Positions 54,576-64,000 of a stretch of 64,000 nucleotides of DNA are shown here, piece after piece; within the stretch, counting starts at the first letter, position 1, and every line of letters starts with the position of its first letter. The stretch spans positions 13,082,001-13,146,000 of the forward strand of contig OZ024757.1 of assembly GCA_964016885.1 (NCBI GenBank). Direction: 5' to 3'. The position numbers and the translations under genes are program-made. Source of the DNA: Eledone cirrhosa (Eukaryota). Under the pieces are notes generated by a model, which had not been told where the DNA came from, ran no database searches, and saw only the letters and a list, made by a program, of their open reading frames with translations.

Positions 54576-56764
54576 AAACCCGAACCCCAAGCCTTAGACT
54601 TTAACGCCAACCCCAAGCCTTAAACTTAGACATAAACGCCGCCCCTAAAAGCCTTAGACTTAGACTTAAACCCCTAAATCCAAGCCTTAGATTTAAACCC
54701 TAACACCAACCCTTAGACTTAAACCACAACACCAACCCTTAGACTTAGACTAAACCCCAACTCCTAGCCTTAGACGTAAACTTAATATTAGACTTAGACT
54801 TAAACCCTAACCTCAAGCCTTAGACTTAGACTTGAACCCCATCTACCAGCTATAGACTTAGACTTAAACCCCAACCCCAAAGGTTAGACTTAGATTTGAA
54901 CCCCAACTCCTAGCCTTAGACTTAGACTTAAACCCCAACCCCAAGCCTCAAACTTAGACTTAAACCCCAACACTTAGACTTAAACCCCAACCTCAAGCAT
55001 TAGACGTAGACTTAAACGCCAACACAACGCCTTAGACTTAGACTTGAACACCAACCCCAAGCCTTAGACTTACACTTAAACCCTGACACCAAGCCTTAGA
55101 CTTAGATTTAAATACCAACCCCAGGCCTTTGACTTAGACTTAAACGACAACCCAAAGTCTTAGTCATAGACAATCCCAAACACCAAGCCTTAGATTTAGA
55201 CTTAAACGCCAAAACAAAGCCTTAGACTTAGACTTGAACACCAACCCCAAGCCTTAGACTTAGACTTAAACCCCAACCACTAGTATTAGACTTAGATTTA
55301 AACCCTAACTCCAAGCCTCAGAATTAAACCATAGCCACAAGTCTTAGACATAAACCCCAACCCTAAGCCTTAGACTTTGACTTAAACACCAACTCCTAGC
55401 CTTAGAATTAGACTTAAACCTCGACCCCCAAGCCTTAGACTTAGATAGAAATACCAACCCCATACCTTAGATTTAGACTAAACCCCCAACCCAAAGCTTT
55501 AGTCATAGACATAATCCCCAACACCAAGCCTTAGACTTAGACTTAAAAGCCAACCCATAACCTTAGACTTAGACTTAAAACCCAACCACAAGCCTTAGAC
55601 TTAGACTTAAAGTTAAACCCAAAGACTTAGAATTAAACTTAAACCCCAACCCGAAGTCTTAGTCTTAGACTTAAACCCGAACCCCAAGCCTTAACTTAGA
55701 CTTAATCCCCAACATTTAGCTTTAGACTTAGCCTTGAAACCCAAGCCTTAGACATAGATTGAAACCGCAACTACAAGCCTTAGACTTAGACTTACACCCC
55801 AAGCCCAAATCTTAGACTTAGACTTGAACGCCAACCACAAGCATAAAACAGACTTAAAGCCCAACCCCAAAACTTAAACTTAGATTTGAACCCAAATTCC
55901 CCAATTCCTAGCCTTAGACTTAGACTTAAACCACAACCCCAAGCCCCAGGATTAGACTTAAAACCCAAACTTAAGCCTTAGACTTAGATTTATACCCCAA
56001 GCCATAGACAGATTTAAACCCCAACCTCAAGCCTTAGATGTAGACTTAAACCCCAACACAAAGCCTTAGACTTAGACTTGAACACCAATCCAAGGCTCAG
56101 AATTAAACCATAGCCACAAGCCTTAGACATCAACTACAACCCCGAGCCTTAGACTTTGACTTAAACGCCAACTTCTAGCCTTATTCTTAAACTTAAACCC
56201 CAACCCCAGGCCTTAGATTTAGACTTAAACCACAATCCAAAGCCTTAGTCATAGACATAATCCCCAACAACAAGCCTTAGACTTAGACTTAAACCACAAC
56301 ACCAAGCCTTAGACTTAGACTTAAACGCCAACCCCAAGCCTTAGATTTAGACTTAAACCCCAACCCGAAGTCTTAGACTTAGACTTAAACCCGAATCCCA
56401 AGCCTTGGACTGAGACTTAATCCCCAACATTAAGCTTTAGACTTAGACTTAAACCCCAAGCCTTAGAGATAGATTTAAACCGAAACCACAAGCCTTGGAC
56501 TTAGACTTAGACCCAAGCCCAAGTCATAGATTTAGACTTGAAGATTAAGCTCAAGCTTTAGACTTAGACTTGAACCCCATCCACAAGCATAAGACTTAGA
56601 CTTAAAGCCCAACCCCAAGACTTAAACCCCAACAGCAAGCCTTAGACATAAATACCAACCCCAAGCCTTAGTCGTAGATTTAAACCTCTACACAAAGCCT
56701 TAGAATTAGACTTTAAACCCCAAACCGAAGCTTTAGACTTAAACTTAAACCCTAAGTCCAAGCC

Positions 56765-57610
56765 TTAGACTTAGACTTAAACCACAACCCCAAGCCTTAG
56801 ACATAGACTTAAACCTCACCCCAAGCCTTAGACGTAAACTTAAACCCCAACTCCAAGACAGACTTAGACTTAAACCCCAACCACAAAGCTTAGACGTAGA
56901 CACTAACCCCAATCCAAAGCCTTAGACTTAGAATTAAACCCCAAACCCAAGCCTTATACATAGACTTAAACCACAACCCCCAAGCCTTAGAATTAAACCA
57001 TAACAACAAGACTTAGACTTAAAAAGTAACCCCAACCCGAAGCCTTAGGCCAACCCATAAACTTAAACCCCAACCCCAAGCCCTAGATTTAGACTTAAAC
57101 TCCAACCCCAAGCCTTAGACATAGACTTAAACCCCAACCCCAAGCTTTAGACTTCGACACAAAACCCAACCACAAGCATTAGACTTAGACTTAAACCACA
57201 ACCCCAAGCCTTAGACATAGACTTAAACCTCACCCCAAGCCTTAGACGTAAACTTAAACCCCAACTCCAAGACAGACTTAGACTTAAACCCCAACCACAA
57301 GGCTTAGACGTAGACACTAACCCCAATCCAAAGCCTTAGACTTAGAATTAAACCCCAAACCCAAGCCTTATACATAGACTTAAACCACAACCCCCAAGCC
57401 TTAGAATTAAACCATAACAACAAGACTTAGACTTAAAAAGTAACCCCAACCCGAAGCCTTAGGCCAACCCATAAACTTAAACCCCAACCCCAAGCCCTAG
57501 ATTTAGACTTAAACTCCAACCCCAAGCCTTAGACATAGACTTAAACCCCAACCCCAAGCTTTAGACTTCGACACAAAACCCAACCACAAGCATTAGACTT
57601 AGACTTAAAC
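56765..57610 (+). repeat. Tandem duplication, unit 414 bp
   Basis: AGACAGACTTAG at 56856/57270 and AAAAAGTAACCCC at 57021/57435 both give offset 414. Confidence 0.92.
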
Positions 57611-58844
57611 CCCAACCCCAAGCCTTAAACTTAGACTTAAACACCAACATTAATCCTTAGACTTAGACTTAAACCCCAAGCCATAGATATAGATTTAAAC
57701 CCCAACCCCAAGCATTAGACTTAGACTTGAACCCCATCCCCAAGCCTTAGTATTAAACAATAACCACAGTTTTAGACATAAACCCCAAACTCAAGCCTTA
57801 GAATTAGACTTAAACCCGTTCCCCAAACCCCAACCCCAAGCCTTAGATTTAGACTTAAACTCAAACCTTAAGCCTTGGACTTAGACTTAAACCCTAAGAC
57901 ATAGACATAGATTTAAGCTCCAACTTCAAGCCTTAGACTTAGACTTAAACCCCAACCCCAAGCGTTAGTCGTAGAATTAAACCTCTACCCAAAACCTTAG
58001 AATTAGACTTAAACCCATAAACCGAATCTTTAGACTTAGACTTAAACCACAACCCCAAGCCTTACACATACACTTAAACATCAACCCAAAACCTTAGATT
58101 TAGACTTAAACCCCAACCCCAAGCCTTAGACTTAGTCTTAAAGCCCAACTCCAGGCCTTAAACTTAAACCCTAACCCCAAACCTTAAACTTAGACTTAAA
58201 CCCCAACCTCCAAGGTTTAGACTTAGACTTAAACCCCAACCCCAAAGGTTAGACTTAGACTTACACCCCAACCCCTAGCCTTAGACGTAAACTTAAACAC
58301 CAACTCAAAGACAGACTTAGATTAAACCCCAACCTCAAGCCTTAGACGTAGACACTAACCCCAAATCAAAGCCTTAGACTTAGAATTAAACACCAACCCC
58401 AAGCCTTATACATAGACTTAAACCACAACCCCCAAGCCTTAGAATTAAATCCTAACAACCAGACATAGACTTAAACCCCAACCCCAAGCCTTAGACTTAG
58501 ACTTACACCCCAATATTTGCCTTAGACTTAGACTTAAACAACAATCCCAAGTTTTAGAAGTAGACTTAAACCCCAACCTTAAGTCTTAGACTTAGATTTA
58601 AACCCCAAGCCATAGACATAGATTTAAACCCCAACACAAAGCCTTAGACTTAGACTTGAACACCAACCCCAAGCCTTAGAGTTAGACGTAAACCCCAACC
58701 ACTAGCCTTAGACTTAGACATAAACCCCAACACCAAGCCTCAGAATTAAACCATAGCCACAAGCCTTAGACATAAACCCCTACCCTAAGCCTTAGACTTT
58801 GACTTAAACACCAACTCCTAGCCTTAGACTTAAACTTAAACCCC

Positions 58845-60410
58845 AACCACAAGCCTTAGACTTAAACTCTAACCCCAATCCTTAAACTTAGACTTAAACC
58901 CAAACCACAAGGCTTAGACTTAGATATAAACCCCATCCACAAGCCTTAGACTTAGACTTACACCCAAACCCCTAGACTTAGACGTAAACTTAAAACCCCA
59001 ACTCCAAGACTTAGACTTAGACTTAAACCCCAACCTCAAGCCTTAGACGTAGACACTAACCCAAAACCAAAGCCTTAGACATAGACTTAAACCCCAACAC
59101 CAAGATTTAGACATCGACATAAACCCCAACCACAAGCATTAGACTTAGAACTAAACCCCAACCCCAAGCCTTAGACTTAGACTTAAACCCCAACCCCAAC
59201 CCTTAGATATAGATTTAAACCCCAACCCCAAGCCTTAGACTTAGACTTAAACCCCAACCCTTAGACATACACTGAAACCCCAACCCCAAAACATAGACTT
59301 AGATTTAAACATCAACCACTAGCATTAGACTTAGAATTAAAGCCAACACCAAGGCTTAGACTTAAACCCAAAACCAATGCCTTAGACATAGACTTAAAAC
59401 CCAACCACAAGCCTTACACTTAGACTTAAACCCCAACCCCAAGCCGTAGACTTAGATTTAAACACCAACCCCCAGCCTCAGACTTAGACTTAAAGCCGAA
59501 CACGAAGCCTTAAATTAGACTTAAACCCGAAATCCAAGCCTGAGACTTAGATTTAAGCCCCAATCCCAAGCCTTAGACTTAGACTTAAACCCGAACCCCA
59601 AGCCTTAGACTTTAACGCCAACCCCAAGACTTAAACATAGACATAAACGCCGCCCCCCAAAGCCTTACACTTAGACTTAAACCCTTAAATCCAAGCCTTA
59701 GATTTAAACCCTAACACCAACCCTTAGACTTAAACGACAAACCCAAGCCTTAGACGTAAAATTAAACCCCAACCCTAATCCTCAGACTTAGACTTAAACA
59801 CCAACCCTTAGACTTAGACTAAACCCCAACTCCTAGCCTTAGACGTAAACTTAATATTAGACTTAGACTTAAACCCCAAACTCAAGCCTTAGACTTAGAC
59901 TTGAACCCCAACTACCAGCTTTAGACTTAAACTTAAACCCCAACCGCAAAGGTTAGACTTAGATTTGAACCCCAACTCCTAGCTTTAGACTTAGACTTAA
60001 ACCCCAACCACAAGCCTCAAAGTTAGACTTAAACCCCAACCCTTAGACTTAAACCCCAACCTCAAGCATTAGACGTAGACTTAAACGCCAACACAAAGCC
60101 TTAGACTTAGACTTGAACACCAACCCAAGCCTTAGACTTACACTTAAACCTCGACCCCTAAGCCTTAGACTTAGATTTAAATACCAACCCCAGGCCTTTG
60201 ACTTAGACTTAAACCACAACCCAAAGTCTTAGTCATAGACATAATCCCAGACACCAAGGATTATACTTAGACTTAAACGCCAAAACAAAGCCTTAGACTT
60301 AGACCTGAACACCAACCCCAAGCCTTAGACTTAGACTTAAACCCCATCCACTGGTATTAGACTTAGACTTAAACCCCAACTCCAAGCCTCAGAATTAAAC
60401 CATAACCACA
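58845..60410 (+). repeat. Diverged paralog of ~53630-55340
   Basis: Shared ordered markers at an offset of ~5.0 kb: CCGAACACGAAGCCTTAAATTAG (~54485/~59496), CATAAACGCCGCCCC (54631/59642) and GTAAACTTAATATTAG (~54776/~59845). Confidence 0.82.
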
Positions 60411-63368
60411 AGTCATAGACATAATCCCCAACACCAAGCCTTAGACTTAGACTTAAACCCCAACACCAAGCCTTAGACTTAGACTTAAACGCCAACCGAT
60501 AACCTTAGACTTAGACTTAAAACCCAACCACAAGCTTTAGACTTAGACTTAAACATAAACCCAAAGCCTTAGAATTAAACTTCAACTCCAACCCGAAGTC
60601 TTTGACTTAGAGTTAAACCCGAACCCCAAGCCTCAGACTTAGACTTAAACCCCAACCTTTAGACTTAGACTTAAACCCCAATCCCAAGTTTCGATTTCGA
60701 CATAAAACCTAACCACAAGCCTTAGACTTAGACTTAAAATCCAATCTGAAGTCTTAAACTTAGAATTAAACTCCAACCTCAAGCCTTAGACGTAGACTTA
60801 AACCCCAACACAAAGCCTTAGACTTAGACTTGAACACCAACCCCAAGCCTTAGACTTAGACTTAAACCCAACTCCAGGCCTTAGAGTTAAACTCTGACCC
60901 CAACCCTTAAACTTAGACTTAAACCCAAACCACAAGGCTTAGACTTAGATTTAAACCCCATCCACAAGCCTTAAGTCTTAGACTTACACCCAAACACCTA
61001 GACTTAGACGTAAACTTAAAGCCCAACCCCAAGCCTTAGACTTAGACTTAAACCTCGAACCCCAATCCTTAGACTTAGATATAAATACCAACCCTAGGCC
61101 TTAGATTTAGACTTAACCCCCAACCCAAAGCTTTAGTCATAGATATAATCCCAAACACCAAGCCTTAGACTTAGACTTAAACCCCAACACCAAGCCTTAG
61201 ACTTAGATTTAAAACGTCAACCCAAAGCCTTAGACTTAGACTTAAAACCCAACCACGAGCCTTAGACTTAGACTTGAACCCCAACTACAAGCTTTAGACT
61301 TAGATTTAAACCCCAACTCCAAAGGTTAGACTTAGATTTGAACCCCAACTCCTAGCCTTAGACTTAAACCCCAACCCCAAGCCTCAGAGTTAGACTTAAA
61401 CCCCAAGCCTTAGACTTAAACCCCAACCACATGCCTTAGACTTAGATTTTAAACACAACCCCAAGCCTCAGACTTACACTTACACCACAATCCCAAGCCT
61501 CAGACATAGACTTAAACCCCAACCCCAAGTTTAGACTTCGACATAAAACCCAACCATAAGCCTTATAAGTAGACTTAAACCCCACCCCAAGGATTAGACT
61601 TAGACTTAAACCCCAACCACTAGCATTAGACTTAGACTTCAACCTCGACCCCCAAGCCTTAGACTTAGATTTAAATACCAATCCCAGGCCTTAGTTTTAG
61701 ACTTAACCCACAACCCAAAGCCTTAGTCATATACATAATCCCCAACACCAAGCCTTAGACTTAGACTTATACCCCAACTCTAAGCCTCAGAGTTAAACCA
61801 TAACCAGAAGCCTTAGACATAAACCCCAACACAATGCATTAGACTTTGACTTAAACACAAATCCTAGCCATAGACTTAAACTTAAACCCCAACCCCAAGC
61901 CTTAGACTTAGACTTAATCCTCGACCCCGAAGCCTTAGACTTAGATTTAAATACCAACACCAGGCCTTAGACGTAGACTTAAACCACAACCCTAAGTCTT
62001 AGTCATAGACATAATCCCCAACACCAAACCTTAGACTTAGACTTAGACCTAAATCCAAAGCCTTAGAATTAAAATTAAACCCCATCCCGAATCCTTAGAC
62101 TTAGACTTAAACCCGAACCCCAAGCCTTAGACATAGACTTAAACTCCAACCCCAAGCTTTAGACATCGACATAAACCCCAACCACAAGCATTAGACTTAG
62201 AACTAAACCCGAACCCCAAGTATTAGACTTAGACTTACATCCCGACATTAAGTCTTAGACTTAGATTTAAACCCCAAGCCATAGACATAGATTTAAACCC
62301 CAACCTCAAGCCTTAGACGTAGACTTAAAACCCAACACAAAGCCTTAGACTTAGACTTGAACACCAACCCCAAGCCTTAGACTTAGACTTACACCTCGAC
62401 CCCCAAGCTTTAGACTTAGATTAAATACCAATCCCAGGCCTTAGTTTTAGAATTAATCCTCAACCCAAAGCCTTAGTCATAGACATAATCCCCAACACCA
62501 AGCCTTAGACTTAGACTTAAACCCCCAAACCAAGCCTTAGACTTAGACTTAAACGTCAACCCAAAGCCTTAGACATAGACTTAAAACCCAACCACGAGCC
62601 TTAGACTTAGACTTAAACCTAAAATCAGAGCCTTAGAATTAAACTCAAACCCAACCCTAAGCCTTAGACTTAGACTTAAACCCGAACCCCAAGCCTTAGA
62701 CTTAGACTTAATACCTTACATTAAGCATTAGACTTAGACTTACACCCCAAGCACAAGTCTTAGACTTAGACTTGAACGCCAACCACAAGCATAAGACTTA
62801 TACTGAAACCCCAACCCCAAGCTTTAGATTTAGACGTAATCCCCAACTACAAGCCTTAGAATTAAACGATAAACACAAGCCATAGACATAAACCCAAACG
62901 CCAAGCCTTAGACTTAGACTTAAACCCCAACACAAAGCCTTAGACTTAGACTTAAACCCCAACACCAAGCCACAGACTTAGACTTAAACCCCAACCCTTA
63001 GACGTAAACTTAAACTTAGATATAGACTTAAACTCCAACCTCAAGTCTCAGACATAGACTTAAACCCCAACCCTTAGACTTAGACTTTAACCACAACCCC
63101 AAGCCTTAGACTTAGATTTTAAACCCCAATCCCAATCCTGAGACTTAGAGTTAAACCCTAACCCCAAGCCTTAGACTTAAACACCAACTCCAAGCCTTAG
63201 ACTTAGACTTAAACCCCAACCCCAAGTTTAGACTTTGACATAAAACCTAACCACAAGCCTTAGACTTAGATTTAAACCCCAAGCCATAGACATATATTTA
63301 AATCCCAACCTCAAGACTTAGACGTAGACGTAAACCCTTACACAAAGCCTTAGTCTTAGACTTGAACA

Positions 63369-64000
63369 CCAACCCCAAGCCTTAGACGAGACTTAAACCC
63401 CAACCACAAGCATTAGACTTAGACTTAAACCCCAGCACTATGCCTTAGATTTAGACTTAAACTCCAACCCCAAGCCTTAGATGAGACTTAAACCCCAACC
63501 ACAAGCATTAGACTTAGACTTAAACCCCAGCACTATGCCTTAGATTTAGACTTAAACTCCAACCCCAAGCCTTAGACATAGACTTAAACCCCAACCCCAA
63601 GTTTTGACATCGACATAAACCCCAACCACAAGCATTAGACTTAGACTTAAACCACAACCCCAAGCCTTAGACATAGACTTAAAACCCAACATTAAGCCTT
63701 AGACTTAGACTTAAACCACAAGCCAAAGACATAGATTTAAACTCCAACCCCAAGCCTTAGATTTAGACTTGAACCCCAACCCCAAGTCTTAGACTTAGAC
63801 TTAAACCCAAGCCTTAGACTTAGACTTAAACCCCAACTCCAAGCCTTAGAATTAAACCTTAACCCCAACTCCAAGCCTTAGAATAAAACCTTAACCACAA
63901 GGCTTAGACATAAACTCCAACCCCAAGCTTAAGACTTAGACTTAAACACCAACTCCTAGCCTTAGGCTTAAACTTAAAACCCGAACCCCTAGCCTTTGAC
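63369..64000 (+). repeat. Apparently exact copy of 35058-35689, truncated by the window end
   Basis: TTAGACGAG at 35071/63382, GTTTTGACATCG at 35290/63601, GCCAAAGACA at 35411/63722 and CTTAGGCTTAAAC at 35650/63961 all give offset 28311. Confidence 0.93.

Larger units (their letters stand above)
1..64000 (+). repeat. Tandem satellite array, 32-bp consensus monomer AAACCCCAACCCCAAGCCTTAGACTTAGACTT (roughly 2000+ diverged monomers, one orientation, running off both window ends)
   Basis: The consensus or a close variant recurs continuously, with exact copies at e.g. 10877-10908 and 41991-42022. I saw no unique sequence and no inverted monomers. Consensus composition is A11 C12 G3 T6, a strong C-over-G strand skew. 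Confidence 0.98.

Noticed and set aside
20505-61681. Ten short minus-strand ORFs (KSKSKAWGWG / LSLSLRLGVGV peptides), some identical to each other
   Set aside because: They are direct translations of the satellite. The 32-bp period cycles through three frames, one of which normally contains TAA stops, so ORFs arise only where variants or indels skip them. Identical ORFs simply mark the DNA duplications.
1-64000. CRISPR array (the repeat length is in the CRISPR range)
   Set aside because: Monomers abut directly with no unique spacers, and there is no leader or cas gene.
1-64000. Giant repetitive protein gene read with a TAA/TAG-reassigned (ciliate-type) code
   Set aside because: The monomer length is not a multiple of 3, 1-bp indels are frequent, and variation shows no codon-position pattern.
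1-64000. Canonical telomerase-synthesised telomere tract
   Set aside because: There is no pure run of any hexamer beyond 2-3 copies, monomers are highly diverged, and variants are inherited in kb-scale blocks, which indicates DNA-level copying.
1-64000. Embedded transposon, RNA gene, inversion or unique island
   Set aside because: I saw no non-satellite stretch longer than about 20 bp and no G-rich (inverted) segment on the plus strand.
1-64000. Assignment to a specific organism (ciliate or nematode) from the telomere-like words
   Set aside because: Hexamer matches are too short to be diagnostic, and the two words point to different lineages.

Overview
The whole 64 kb is one uninterrupted, single-orientation, non-coding tandem satellite. 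It is most likely eukaryotic heterochromatin, but the organism cannot be identified from the sequence. The consensus monomer is 32 bp, AAACCCCAACCCCAAGCCTTAGACTTAGACTT, built from related hexamers (TTAGAC TTAGAC TTAAAC CCCAAC CCCAAG CC), with frequent 26-bp and 38-bp variants from gain or loss of one hexamer. The minus strand carries (TTGGGG)2 in every monomer and the plus strand carries (TTAGAC)2, so two telomere-like words point in opposite directions. I found no genes, RNA genes, transposons or CRISPR arrays; the listed ORFs are translation artefacts of the repeat. The informative signal lies in the monomer variants, which act as barcodes for a nested history of duplication. They show near-exact tandem duplications of about 95, 414, 492, 544, 915, 1884 and 2125 bp, a 3-kb block repeated at a 4148-bp offset with a chimeric junction, a degenerate ~2.1-kb higher-order repeat, diverged long-range paralogous blocks, and an apparently exact copy of 35058-35689 at the window end (offset 28311 bp). 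All alignments were done by eye: offsets were checked on marker words and block boundaries are approximate.
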